DNA of 64,000 nt from Lama guanicoe (taxonomy: Eukaryota): the NCBI GenBank assembly GCA_013239625.1, contig MU053482.1, positions 4,725,775-4,789,774 on the forward strand, written 5' to 3'. Each line of letters opens with the position of its first letter. Position 1 is the first letter of the stretch. The notes below the pieces were generated by a model. The model had not been told where the DNA came from. It saw only the letters and a list, made by a program, of their open reading frames with translations, and did no database searches. Position numbers and translations under genes: made by a program. Below are positions 1 to 12,130 of this stretch, in pieces.

Positions 1-284
1 CTGAGTTTCTCATCATCACTATGACGTTAGTGTCCTGGGCTTGGAGGCTGGAGCTGACAGGGAACTCTGCCATCATTAAGAGCTGGTATGCCTGGAATGG
101 GTTACACGTTGATCGCAACATTGACCCTCAGGGTCATAGCCCTTGGGGTGGCTGGGTAGGACCGAGAGGGTAGGACTCCTTGAGCCAGTGGCCCCCAGTA
201 ACAAGCAGCCTCACTCATTGTACAACTACTGTTATTTTCTGTTTGCTCAGCATGAACATGCTTGGGAAGTAGTTGCACAGAGCT

Positions 285-492
285 ATACTGCCCAACATGG
301 AGCCGCTAGCCACAGGGGACTATTTAAATTTCAGTTAATTAAAATTAAATAAAATTTAAAATCCAGTTCCCTAGACAGTTCACACTAGCCACATTTCAGG
401 TCCTCAGTGGCCATACGTGGTTGGGGGCTACCCTATGGGACAGGATAGAAAAGAACATTTCATCATTGCAGAAAGTTTTATTGGATAGTGCT
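285..492 (-). mobile_element. MER3-like hAT-Charlie DNA transposon (MITE)
   Basis: Contains ctagccac...atttaaatttcagttaattaaaattaaataaaatttaaaa...ctagccacatttcagg...cattgcagaaagttttattggatagtgct, matching the recalled MER3 consensus in reverse, with decayed terminal inverted repeats. Confidence 0.85.
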
Positions 493-599
493 AATCTAGT
501 GCTTGCTCTAACCTCTTCTGGTAGGGTGTGCTTTAAAATTTCAGGAAGCTCTGGACTCTAGAACTCTGCCTACCACTGCTGTGGTCATCTCAAGGTAAC

Positions 600-790
600 A
601 GGAAAGTGGAGTCAGACGGACTTAGGACTAGTCCTGACTTTGCCATTTGCTAGTTGTGTGGCCTCTCTCAGCCTCTGTTTTCTCATCTCTGAGATGGGGA
701 TAATGTTACCCTGCTCCCACAGTTATCGGGAGGGTTAAATGAGGCAGGGCCGATGAGTCACCAGACGCCATGCCTGGCACGCAGTTTTAT
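600..790 (+). mobile_element. MIR SINE
   Basis: MIR core: ctagttgtgtggcctctctcagcctctgttttctcatctctgagatggggataat...gaggggttaaatgagg. Confidence 0.75.
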
Positions 791-1299
791 GGCCTGAACA
801 CCCCCCACCCCAGCCTTGTCTACTTGTATCCACTCACCCACGAGCCACAGTGGTAAGACGGGTCTGTACCATGTCCAGACCTGTGTCGCGTTCCATGGTT
901 TATTCACAGGGAGCGGAGGCCTTGACTCTAGCAGGAGATTGCAATCTAGGTGGGAGGGCGAGGTAAGTGCTGTGAGGCAACCTGAAAACAATCCTTGGGC
1001 AACACACAGGCAGCGTGTCACTCAGTGAGGCAGGACCGGTGGGAAAGGCACCGCGGGGCGGGAGGTGTCTGGGAGCAGGCCTCCTCGGGGTGGGGCGGGC
1101 GTGGAGCTGGTCTGGAAGGCAGCCGGGGTGTGGGCAGCACGGGGTGTGGGCCGATGGCAGAGAAGTGGCAGTGGAGAAAGGTGTGGCCGAGGACCAGACT
1201 GAAGGGCTCAGGGAGGGGCCTGAGCTAACGCACCACGAGGGAGCCCCCCTACCGAGATTTTCCTGGAGGCACCAGGAGGGTTTGCTAAGAAAATCACTC

Positions 1300-1800
1300 T
1301 GCTCTTGGAAGCCAGGCTGAGTTGCTTGTGTGGATGAAACCGGTGCTTCCCAGGCAGGTGGGGCTGTGAGCTGAGAAATCGGCAGTGCTTGGGGGAAGAC
1401 TGTGCTGGTGGCGCCAGGAAGAGAGTCTGTGAGGGACATCCTGATGTCAGGGTGACTGTCCGTGAGATGTGACACAGAGGCCTTCCTAGGACAGTACGAG
1501 GTGCCATTTACCAAGAGGTGTTAACATGCTGGGAGCTCAGACTGCTGGATCCCAACGTGGCAAGCAGAAATGGCACTCAGCTGCCCTGGACAGAATGTCC
1601 ACATCTAACTGGGAGCAGGCAGCAGGTGGACATCGAGAAGAAACAGGATGGAGGAAACGCATTTACAGCATATCAGACCCTGAGCCTCAGCTCCTCACTC
1701 AGATGAGAAAAAGAACAGGATGAGGGCTGGACCGTAGCAGTGAGAAGAGGAAATTGTCTACAGAGAGGATTGGATGTCTGAGGAACAGGGCTGGGTGCAA
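1300..1800 (-). mobile_element. L2 LINE fragment (old, diverged)
   Basis: Purine-rich L2-like text (gtgccatttacc, gatgagggctggaccgtagcagtgagaagagg...ggattggatgt). Confidence 0.45.
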
Positions 1801-1816
1801 AATCATTAGGCAGAAA

Positions 1817-1990
1817 CACATGTACACGCATGTGCACATGCCTGTATACATACACATATACATATACACAAGTACGTAGGCATAACCCTCAATTTACATC
1901 CACATGCTAAACACACCCAAAGATCATTAAGGAAACATGCATATGCACATCTGTACAGGCACACATCAACACATAAGTGTATATACATAT
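1817..1990. repeat. CA/TA-rich low-complexity tract
   Basis: Repeated cacatg/tacaca/catata motifs. Confidence 0.7.
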
Positions 1991-3079
1991 TTTCTCCCTC
2001 AACCCAGCCTATCCTTCTAGGGCTGGAGCTGGGGCTGCTGTTGGATTTACAGCAGCCAAGGCAGGAAGCATCTGTCCTGCTGCGGTACTGAGTGTGTCTC
2101 TGATAGAAACGTCTCCAGGCTTTGCTTGTAAACACTATTTGTTTTGGAAAGCCTCTCTCTGTTTGCAAATAGAAAGTTGGGACATGCGGCATTGGATTTC
2201 CCTGATCTGACATTGACCTAGAAAAATGTGCTGGCAGGAACAGAAAATGCGATGCCCCACTATGTTGGCAGGCACAAGTGAGTTTCACTCTTCTTGGCTT
2301 TGATTACAAAGGTTAAGATGCAAGTGAGTTGGGGGCAGGGCCACCTCCCTGCTTGAGTGGCCCTCTCCCTGCAGAGCCAGGGAAGCGGAGGCAGTCCTTG
2401 GGGGCTTCCCACCGGCCCGAGAGCTCCTGGCCTTGAAGAGCAGGCTGGCAGGGAAAATCAGGGCAGCTAAGGAGAAGGCTCTGGTAGAGGAGCCCGTCAC
2501 AGAGGCCAGTGACAGGGGCTAGCATGCAGACAGCAAGCAGCTCCAGCATGTGCAAAACATGGATGGGGCCCAGCTATGGGGGTCCTCAGAGTTGTCATCA
2601 AGGAAATGGGCAATGCAGCCTTCACTCTGGGTGTGGTTGGAAGCAGGCTCCTGTTGTTGGAGAAGGACAGGCTTCTAGGAGGCAGAGCTGCCAGCCCCAG
2701 TTGCAGGTGAAGTTCATGGTCTGTTGCATGCCTGCTGCTGGTCTGGGTACTAATTGCATAGAATAGAAGCAGGACTAGAGAGGAGGGTCCAAGGCAGGAG
2801 CCCCGCATCATGATGGGAACTTGAGCACCATGTCCGGGTCTGATTAGAATGTAAGGAGACCCAGGAAGCAACATGCAATCTATTGCCTCAACTGAGCCGA
2901 AGAACCCCTCCGAATCCCCCAGCTGAACCAGTGACTTAGTTCTGGGTCCGTTAAGACCAGGGTTCACATTCTGCCCACCTTCCTTGTGGCCTCTCATGAG
3001 GATGAAATGACATCAGAAATGTAACAAGCACAGCCAGGGCCAGCAACAAAGTAAGTGCTTAATAAATCTGAGATCACAT

Positions 3080-3290
3080 CTCGGCTTCACCACTAACTGG
3101 CTGTGTAGCCCGGGGCGGGCAACTCATCTGTGCCTTCATTTCCTCCTCTGTAGAACGGAGGCAATCGTCAAGTGTACCTCACCGAACTGCTGGGGATTAG
3201 GTGAGTTCATATAAGTGTACATAACGCACTTCGAACAGTGCCTGGCACTTACTAAGCACAATTACTGTTTCCTATGTTATTAAATATTGT
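3080..3290 (+). mobile_element. MIR SINE
   Basis: ccactaactggctgtgtagccc...gccttcatttcctcctctgtagaa...gcacttcgaacagtgcctggcac. Confidence 0.8.
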
Positions 3291-3299
3291 TCTTAATAA

Positions 3300-3960
3300 T
3301 TTGTTCATTTGCTTATTCATTCAACAGCTGTCAGATACTGTTCAGGCACTGAGAATACAGCAGTGAACAAGAGACAATACACCCTAGGTAGAATGAGGGC
3401 CCCCCCAAAGGCATCCACATCCTAAACCCCAGTACTGGTCAACGTGTTATGTTACATGGCAAGGGGGAATTAAGGTTGCTAATCAGCTGACCAGAAGATA
3501 GGGAGATCAACCTGGATCACTCAGGGGGCCCAGCATAACCACGAGGGTCCCTGAAAATGAAAGAGGGAGACAGGAGAGGCAGAGGCAGAAAGGACACATG
3601 ATGAAGCAGAGGTCAGAGGGAAGCGATTAAAAGAGCCACAGGCCAACGTGTGTGGGCCACGTCTAAAAGCCGGGAAAGGAAAGAAAACCAATTCTCCCCT
3701 GGAGGCTCCAGAAAAGAATGAAGCTCTGCCCTTGAGTTTTGCCCAGTGAGGTGTCTGACCTCTAGAGCTGTAGGATAGTAAATCTTAAGTCACCAGGTTG
3801 GTGGGAGTTTGTCACAGCAGCAGGAGGATGACTAACACAAGCCCTTCCTCATGGGGCTTTCATTCTTATAGGGGGAGACAGACAATAAAGAAATAAATAC
3901 ATGGAGTGTGGGATGGGCATTTCTGCTCCTGTCCATGGGGTGGTGAGCCAGCCTGCTGAG
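3300..3960 (-). mobile_element. L2 3' end, split by an MLT1 LTR
   Basis: ttcattcaacag...ggcactgagaatacagcagtgaacaaga resumes after the LTR as ccttcctcatggggctttcattct...gggagacagacaataaa. Confidence 0.75.
3385..3839 (+). mobile_element. MLT1D-like MaLR solo LTR
   Basis: ggtagaatgagggccccccaaag...gttacatggcaagggggaattaaggttgctaatcagctgacc...attctcccctggaggctccaga...tttgtcacagcagca...actaacaca. Confidence 0.85.
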
Positions 3961-5123
3961 CACAGCTGGGGTCAAGGGAGCAGGGGGCCCGGCGGGCTGG
4001 ATGGGGCCTGTCAGTCTGCCAACCCCCAGCCAGGGGCGCCGCCCTTCCTCCTGCCCCTCCACGAGCGCCCAGCTGAAGGAAGGGCCAGGCTGCTCTGCCC
4101 CCAGCACCTCTAGGCGCTGGTCTGCCACGCGGCGGAGGCTCAGGCTCCTGGGCCGGGGAGGGGGCTTGGGTGTAGTGTCTGTCCAGGGTGGGTGGGGCCT
4201 GCTGCCAGAAGCCTGGAGCAATTAGCGTACTCCTAAGATGCTCGGTGGTGGGGAGATGAGAATGTGTGGTTTGTCAAAGTGAGTCAGGAGTGAAAGCCAG
4301 GGCCAGGTGGCCGCCTTGGTTAGACTCTCCCCCGTTTCTGTAATCACAAGCTCTTGATTGAGCATAATAAGGAGAACATGAATCCTCCCACTAGGAGGCC
4401 ATAAAGCACTACCTGGGCTTGGCTTTCGTCTTGCCTGGCTGCTTACCGAAGCCTTCCTCTTTCATCTTCAAGGCCTTTAATTGGTAGCCTGAGCCCGGAG
4501 AACTACCTTGGGAGATGGCTGAGGCCTGAGTTGGATTCTACTTCCTCAGCCCCTCCCTACTCAGATCTGAAGTCTCTGCTGCATCCCTGAGCTTAGGCGG
4601 AGCCAGGCCAGAAGCTCTTGAGGAGCCCACCCACCACCAGGTGGGGTACAGCTCACAGACCTAGAATGGATGGTGCCTTGTGGCCCATGTTCAGGATTTC
4701 ATGCTGTGCACTGCTCAAGGGCACCACATCTAAGGGGCGTCATCCACGTGGTAGACACACACCCTAATTTGAGAGCACACTGATGCATAGAGACTCTGGG
4801 TCTCCAGACACGTAGCAGGGGAGAGCCACCTTTGCCCTGAATTCACAGTGGCACTTGGGCCTGTGCACACCCTCTGCACACACATGTGCATCCTGTCCCA
4901 CCTGCACTGCAGCTGCCCTTTGCAGTCTTGCCACCTGATGCCTTTTAATGCCTGATTCCCAGGCCTCTGAGCCTTTGAAACTGGGGGTGGGGAGACAGGC
5001 ACTCAGTGTGTGTGCTGCTAGCCACGTACATGTGTGCCCCCCTGGTGTGGGTGCACATGGAGTCAGGGATGCTGCCCACCAGGCAGAGCCATTCAGGTTA
5101 TGCAGTAATACACTAACTCAACC

Positions 5124-5476
5124 TTTTCTTTCTAAATTGATGTATGGTCGATTTACAATGTTGTTCATTTCTTGTGCACAGCATAGTGACTCAGTTATAC
5201 GTAGATAAATGTATAAATATATTCCTTTTCATATTCTTTTTTGTTATAGGCTATTTACAAGGTATTGAATATAGTTTTATATGTGCTATACAGTAAGATT
5301 TTGCTACTTTTCCCATTTTATGATGATTTTCCCTGTAGTTCCACTTGTGCAAGTTCTTCCACCAGAGTTCAGTAGGTCTTCTGTGAGAATCGTTCTGCAT
5401 GTAGATGTATTTTTGATGTATTTGTGGGAGAGGCTGAGATCTGCACTCTTCTATTCTGCCATCTTGCAGCCCCTCC
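5124..5476 (-). mobile_element. Short L1-derived element: L1 5' end fused to L1 3' end
   Basis: The minus strand starts caagatggcagaatagaag...cccacaaatacatcaaaaatacatctacatg (L1 5'UTR-like) and after ~160 nt continues as tactgtatagcac...aactgagtcactatgctgtgcac...cattgtaaatcgaccatacatcaa plus an A-rich tail (L1 3' terminus). Confidence 0.7.
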
Positions 5477-5889
5477 CAGTCTTTTGTTTTTACCCTGAAG
5501 AAGAGACATCTTTTCCTCCTTTGCACAAAGCTGCCATATGAGCCAGTCAGGTCCTGCTCTGGCTCCCGGGGACACAGACTTTGCTGCCACCACCCATGCG
5601 GCGAGGACTCACCCTCTGTGTCCCTGGGTAAAGTTTCAGCTCTCCAGTAGCTACAGCCCTGCTCCCAGGGTCAGTCTTGACCTGAATCTCAGCCCTGAGT
5701 CTTACTCAACTCAGTCTCTTAACCCTGAGGCAGGACCCAGACCTGTGGCCCTGCCTGGTCTCCACTGTATAAGAGCTCATTGCCTGCAGCCTGCAGCCTA
5801 CCTGCCTGTCAGAGTCCTCAGCTGGGGCCAAAGGCAGTGTCTGCTTGGCCACAGCGAACAGAGAATTGAGTTGAGAAAACACTTCTGAA

Positions 5890-6085
5890 ACCAGACCTAG
5901 GGAAGTGGTGGAGAATAACTGGAGAGCAATTTGGCAACACAGCACCTTTGACCCAGGGTCCCACTCTAGGAAATTTGCGCTTAAGAGAAAATCAAGGGTA
6001 TGTGCACCGATTTTGCCAGAAGGATGTTAGTGGAAGCATTGCTTGTTCCAGCAATAGCTGAAAATAAAACAAATGTCCATCAAGA
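5890..6085 (+). mobile_element. Old L1 (L1ME-like) fragment
   Basis: tggagagcaatttggcaa...cctttgacccag...ccactctaggaaatt...aaatgtccatcaa. Confidence 0.6.
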
Positions 6086-6308
6086 GAAGGAGTGACTGAT
6101 CACAGCAGCCCTCTGCTTTCATACACAGTGAGTGTTCCCAGAAATCCATCTAAATGTCAAGCGTTTGAAACTTGGACACCTGCTTATTTTTCAAAACAAT
6201 AGCTTTTAAAGTGATGAGAGATGTTTATAGTCCCCACTGCTCCCCAGGTTAAAAGCGTTATTAAATCACCACATGTGCCTAACCTTGTAGACATGGTCTT
6301 TAATAATG

Positions 6309-6735
6309 TGTCTTGGTTGAGTTTCCCCAAAAGTAACACCTGAGACAAAAAGTTGAATGCAGGTAGTTTATTTGAGAAATGACCCCAGGAGATGCTAATG
6401 GGTACAGAGGGGCAGGGAAATGAGAGAGGGAAGGACAGAAAGCTGAGAAAGGGTGATTCTTCCAGCAAGTAACCACAGTGGGTAACTGGAGCTTACCTTC
6501 CCCAGGGGCCCTGGTAAACTGTGCAGAACACTCCTCTCATGAGGGGTTGGGAAGCTGGGGTATTTATCCACCACTTCCCATCAGTCATTGGCTGTGACTA
6601 CTCCCGAGGGGGCGTCCCAGAGAAAGCACTGAGGCAGAGTCCCGGCGGCTGGGGTGGGAAGCCAGGCTGGAGTGCACAGAAGCGGTAAACGTGGAGCGGA
6701 TGTGTTGGGGCACCGATAGGGTCTGTTCCGCTACA
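6309..6735 (-). mobile_element. LTR16-like ERVL solo LTR
   Basis: Minus strand begins tgtagcgg...atcggtgcccc and ends aataaactacctgcattcaac...gtctcagg...ggggaaactcaaccaagaca (TG...CA termini). Confidence 0.8.
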
Positions 6736-6959
6736 TTTCTAGATTTTCTATGGTTTTCTTTCGTCTCTTCTTTTCTTTAACAGTTGAACCTACATGTGAC
6801 AAACAAATCCAGGGGGTACTCATTTGAGAATGAAAATTTCCCATCTTTGTCACGGTTTAATGATCACTAGTATTAACATTTCTACATTTCTATTTTCCAC
6901 TGGTTTTTATAAAATAGTAAGTACCAAATACAATCTCTGGTTAAATGCACAAAGAGCAA

Positions 6960-7190
6960 CAACAATGGCTAACGCGTAAAAACACGTAACTGTGGGCCAG
7001 GTTTAATTCGCTCTCACAGCAATGGTACAGGGGAGATATTAAGACTGTTATTGCGTTTTACAGATAAAGACATGGAGGCCCAGGGAGGTTAAGTAATTTG
7101 CTCAAGAACACACAGCCATTAGGGGGCAAAGCCTGGCAGCCTTGTTCTGGAGTGCATGCTCTGTCCCTGCAACTGCTAGATACGGTGCCC
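6960..7190 (-). mobile_element. MIR SINE
   Basis: ttttacagataaagacatggaggcccagggaggttaagtaatttgctcaagaacacacagc. Confidence 0.8.
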
Positions 7191-7928
7191 CAGCCGACTG
7201 ATTATAGCCTGAGTGTGGCACGTGACAAGGAGTTGAGGGATGTCGGTATCAATGTATATAAATGTAGATTTGTCAAACTTGACTGTAACACTGTGTATGG
7301 TGTATGGCTGTAGCAGGTACAAATTTTAGTCTGTTAACTCATTTCCATTGCCTGAAATAAGTTTTATTCTAAGACATGTTTCGCCAAACGAGGGAAATTA
7401 TTCTCTGCCAGTTGAGGGGCTGTGTTGACCCTTTCCCTGGGGATGAGGAAGGTGTTTGGTGTCAGACATTGTGATGGGGGCAGTGAGGCAGTGGGAGATG
7501 TCCACACTGAGGGGTGTTTTTGTTGGTTGTCAGTGGGTTCCTAGTACCCATCTCCCTCATCCTGCCCACAGTGGGTGGCTGGCTCTGCGGCAGTATTCCT
7601 ATGCCCCTCAGAGTCAGGAGTGTCACCAATATCCCGGCCACGCTGTGAAATGATATAGAGGGCTTATCAGCAGCTACAGGTATAAATGGCAGTGAGCACA
7701 CCTGAAAACAGCTGTCTGAGTCCCATTCAACCTCGCTTGGACTCATCCACTTATTAGAGATGCAAGAACAGGGCAGGGCTTGACTTGAGAACACTTTCAC
7801 TGAGGCCAGGGTGTACCCCTCACTCAAGAAACCTCAGCCTCTTCTCTCATCAGGCAAGGAGCGGCTTGTTGCTTTCTTTTCTTTAAACAATTTTTTTCTC
7901 AAGATTTTAAAATCAATACATGCTTTTT

Positions 7929-8067
7929 TTCAGTTTTCAATTTGATAGCTTTTTTTAAATTCAATTTTTTTGTTGAAATGTAGTTGATTTACAATGTTAA
8001 TTTCAAGCATACAGCAAAGCAATTCAGTTATACATATACATACATATATTTTTTTTTCTTTTCAGTG
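7929..8067 (-). mobile_element. 5'-truncated L1 3' terminus with 14-bp TSD
   Basis: ttgaaatgtagttgatttacaatgtt...ttcagttatacatatacatac, flanked by aatacatgcttttt at 7915-7928 and 8068-8081. Confidence 0.85.
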
Positions 8068-8379
8068 AATACATGCTTTTTGAAAAAAGAAAAAAAAACC
8101 AGAAAAGATAATAAAGGACAAAGAAGAAAACAGAAATGACTTATAGGCACCAGAAGTTTCTTTTTTATAAATACCCAGAAGGAAAACAAAACTTTGCTCA
8201 TATATGCATCTGGTTATGCTGCATTTATAGACATATACATTCACAGAACAAATTCAGCTGTGTTTTTAAATATACACATTTATACATTTTCCTTTTGGAG
8301 AAATCTGGCCATAAGAACAATTTTTGTACTCTATCCTAAGCATTTCCCCAGGTTGTTAAACATTCTTTGTAAATACTAT

Positions 8380-8580
8380 TTTTAATGGCTGCATACTATT
8401 CTACCAAGTGAATCATCACTTACTAATCATTTATCTGTTACTAAGCACTCAGGTTTTTTTCCTAGTTTTTCATTAACTTAAAAGAAACACTGTTATGAGC
8501 ATACTTGACATAAGACTTTGTGTACATTTCTGATTATTCCCTTGGCATGAGATTACTGGGTTCAAGGTTATGAACATAAC
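8380..8580 (-). mobile_element. Old L1 fragment
   Basis: ttttaatggctgcatactattcta...gattactgggttcaagg. Confidence 0.55.
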
Positions 8581-9188
8581 AGGCTTTATGGCTTTATTGA
8601 GGTATAATTTACATACCATAATATGCACCCATTGTGTAAAAGTCAATGATTTTTAATAAATTTATAGTCATGCAATCACCTCCACAATCCAATTTTAGAA
8701 TATGTTTGTCACCTGAAAGCATTTCGTCATGTTCATTTACTCTCAAACTCACTCCCACTCTAGCCCTAGACAAACACTGATTTGATTCACTTTTTCTATA
8801 AAGAGATTTGCCTTTGCTGGACATTTCATATAAGCAGAATCATACAATATGTGCTCTTTCTGCCTGGCTGCTTTCATTTAACATACTGTTTTTGTGATCC
8901 AGTGATGTTGTAGCATGAATTAGGACTTTGTTCCTTTTTTATGCTGAGTGGTATCTCATTATATGGATATACTATATTTTGTTTATCCATGCAGCTATGG
9001 ATGGAAATATGGATATTTTCCAGTTTTTGCCTATTAAGAATAATACTGCTGTGAACATTTACCTATAAGTCTCTGTGTGGACATATTTTTACCAATGTTT
9101 CTTGGGTAGAAGCCTAGGAGTGGGCCCTATGGTAAATTTATATTTAACTTTTTAAGAAACCACCAAACTGTTTTCAAAGTGGCCACAC

Positions 9189-9264
9189 TACCTGTAACTT
9201 ATATAATTTGTCCATCAACTATACTTCAATAAAAATTAAATAAAATAAACAAAATAAAGAAAAC
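9189..9264 (+). mobile_element. Very short L1 3' terminus plus A-rich tail, nested in older L1
   Basis: tcaactatacttcaataaaaattaaataaaa; imperfect TSD caaagtggccacac (9175-9188) / caaaatggctacac (9265-9278). Confidence 0.75.
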
Positions 9265-9523
9265 CAAAATGGCTACACCATTTTACCTTCTCACTAGCAA
9301 AGTATAAAGGTTATTTTTTTTTCACATTCTCACCAACACTTGTCATTTTGATTATAGCCTTTCTAATAGCTATGCGTTAATATCTTTGTGGTTTGAATCC
9401 ACATTTTCTTAATGACTAAAGATGTTAAACATCTTTTCATGTGCATATTAGCCATTTGTGTCTTCTTTGGAGAAACATCTATTCAAATGTTTTGCTTATT
9501 TTTAAATTGGGTTGTTTGTCTTC

Positions 9524-9719
9524 TTTTCTTTTTTTTTTTATTTATTATTTTACATTATTCCTCTTTTCCCCTCTCGCCAACCTTCTTCATTCTTTACATT
9601 TTTAGAGGCGGGTGGTAATCAGGTTTATTTATTTATTTGAATGGAGGTACTGGGGATTGAACCCAAGGCCTCATGCATGCTAAGCACACAACCTACCACT
9701 GAGCTATACCCTCCCCTCC
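9524..9719 (-). mobile_element. Camelid tRNA-derived SINE (Vic-1 type), nested in L1
   Basis: Minus strand ggggagggtatagctcagtggtag...cttagcatgcatgaggccttgggttcaatccccagtacctcc (A and B boxes); TSD tgtttgtcttc at 9513-9523 and 9720-9730. Confidence 0.9.
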
Positions 9720-10145
9720 TGTTTGTCTTCCTATTGTTGGTCTTTATATATTCTGGAAACAAGTCCTTTATCAGCTATATGATTTATAAATCTTTTCTCC
9801 CGATCTGGGGCTTGTCTTTCATATTTTTAAATGATGTTTGTTAAACATGTTTGTTGAAGAGCAAAAGTGTTAATTTTAGCAAGGTCCAATTTATTGTTTT
9901 TGGATCACCTTTTTTGGTGACTTGTCTAAGAAATCTTTGCCTAACATAAGGGCACAAAGATATTCTCCCATGCTTTCCTCTAGAAGTTTTTTTGAACATT
10001 TGAAAATGATTTTTATTTGTTTTTTCATTTTGAAAATAGTCCATGATGATTTTAAAAATTTAGGTGAGCAAAAGGGAGAAAATACAGATGAGGCACAATC
10101 CTACTACCTGAGATAAGCCACCAGTAATGTTTTGTCACATACGTC

Positions 10146-10688
10146 TGTACTGGTTATCTATTGCTGCATAAAAATGTATCCCCAAAACGTAACAGCTTAA
10201 CACAACACGTATTTATTATCTCCGAGTTTCTGTGGATCAGGCATCAGGGAGCACTTCTTTGGGTGCCTTTGTCTCAGGATCACTCCCAAGGCTGCAATCA
10301 AGATGTCAGTGGGACAGCCATCATCTCAAGGCCTGATGGGGAAAGAAAGCACTTCTGAGCTCACTCATGTGGCTGTTGGCAGCCTTCAAGTCCTCACTGG
10401 CTGTTGGTTGGGGATATCACCTCCTTGCCACATGGATCTCACCACAGGGCAACTTGCAACATGGCAGCTGGCTGCCTGGAGAGGGAGAGTCAGGGAGATG
10501 GTGCCCACACAGAAGCCACAGTCTTTTTGTAACCTGGTCTTGGAAGTGACATTCCGTTATTTTTCTCCCTGTTCTATTCAGAGAGGTGAGTCACTAGGTC
10601 CAGCCCACTCTCAGGGGAGCGGATCCCACAAGCATATGAGTCTGAGGAGGTGAGGATCATCAAGGACCACCTCAGAAGGTTTTTACAA
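10146..10688 (-). mobile_element. MLT1F/G-like MaLR LTR
   Basis: tgtactggttatctattgctgcata...tttattatctccgagtttctgtggatcagg...gagtcactaggtccagcccactctcagggg. Confidence 0.85.
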
Positions 10689-11689
10689 TGTCCTTGCTCA
10701 TTTTCTGTTTTTCTTATGAATTAGGTGGTGAATCTTTACTTGTGGAAAAAACAGATGCAGGGGACCCTTTCTAGAGTCTAGATTCTACTGGGCCCAAATC
10801 TCCTTGAGTGGGAACTGGCTCTCTGTAAACCTATCTTTTAAAATCCCATAGGTCACCTTAATGAGAGCCAGAGTTGAGAGTCACTGGCAAATGTGAATAG
10901 AAGTGGATGTCTCCCTGCATGGGTTACAACTGTGAAGATTTGCTTAGAAGTGTGTCTCCCCCTCAAATAGGCTTGAACACAAGTGTGCCTTGGTTCCCAA
11001 GACAGGGCCTCTGTTTCTGTCCCTCTGCTCCCCAGGAGCTGTGACCGAGGGGCGCTTTGCCGGCAGAGCCCCAGCAACAGTATCTGGCAATCACGACCTT
11101 CACTTCTGGGGCTTCAGAGGAGCTGAGCAGGTGGCAGGGGCTGCCTGCTCCGTGTTTGGCTCCAGAGCAGCTCTGACATCAATCCATCAGTCCAGAAGAC
11201 AGTTTTAGACGCAAGGCTGCTGGTGTGGGGACTTTATGAGAACAGGAATCCCTGGCTGTGAAATTGCTGGCATTTCATGATGTGAGAGAAGATTTACAAG
11301 CTCCATACCAAGCCCAGCAGTTATGCAATCAAGCCGGTGAGAAGGCGGCAGATGGAGACACTGGAAGCCACCGCCCCACTGTGCCTGGGACCCCGGCCCC
11401 AGCCACGTACCCACGGTTGGGGCGGGGGGCTCGGGTCAAGGTTCCTTCAGCCACATCTGCCTTTTGGGGAGGATCTCCTGGTGTCATTGGTGAAGGAACA
11501 GGTGAGTAGTATTATGTGAGATTCTGGACGCAGAAGGGAGGGGATTTTAAAGGCACCCACCTGATACTCCCTTAACCTTCCTTGCTAACAGGCCGTTTTG
11601 CCTCAGCTTGACATTCACCCCTCTGACTGAATCCAGAGGAGACACCCGGAATGTAGTCTTCCATAACTCTAATTTTTTGCTGTTATTAA

Positions 11690-11810
11690 AAATTTTTTTT
11701 GTCTTTCCCACTAAAATGTAAGCTCCCTGACATCAGGAGCCTTGCCTGTCTGGCACTCTAATTATTGCTGGACCGCAATACATATATGTTGACAGAGGAA
11801 AGGAAAGAAG
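11690..11810 (+). mobile_element. L2 3' end fragment
   Basis: gtctttcccactaaaatgtaagctccctga...atatgttgacagaggaaaggaa. Confidence 0.55.
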
Positions 11811-11829
11811 GGATATTTGGATATTCCTG

Positions 11830-12130
11830 AGGGTGGGGAACTCACCACCTTACAGGCCAGTCTGTCCTATGTCTGGGTAGCTCTTGACTGTTGGTGCTTC
11901 CTCAGGTTGCTGCCACACCCCTCAGTGTGGCCTTCCTCCATTGTCCTCACTTGTAGAGCCCCCTAGGAACAAGCCCACTCCTCTTCCCCATTGGAGCTGT
12001 TCAGAGATTTGAAAACAGTGGTCACTTACATGCTTTCCAAGGCGAATGTCACCATTTCTTTTGGCTGTCTCTCACCCATCAGTGCTATCCTAGCCATTCT
12101 CCTCCAAAGGGCTCTAATGGGTCACTGTCC
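11830..12130 (-). mobile_element. L3/CR1-like ancient LINE fragment
   Basis: ggggaactcaccaccttacaggccagtctgtcc...gctcttgactgtt...cagagatttgaaaacag. Confidence 0.45.

Larger units (their letters stand above)
8590..9990 (-). mobile_element. Old L1 (L1MB/MC-like) 3' region carrying two nested insertions
   Basis: ctttattgaggtataatttacatacc...ggacatttcatataa...aatgactaaagatgttaaacatcttttcatgtgcatattagccatttg...ttctcccatgctttcctctagaagttt. Confidence 0.9.
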
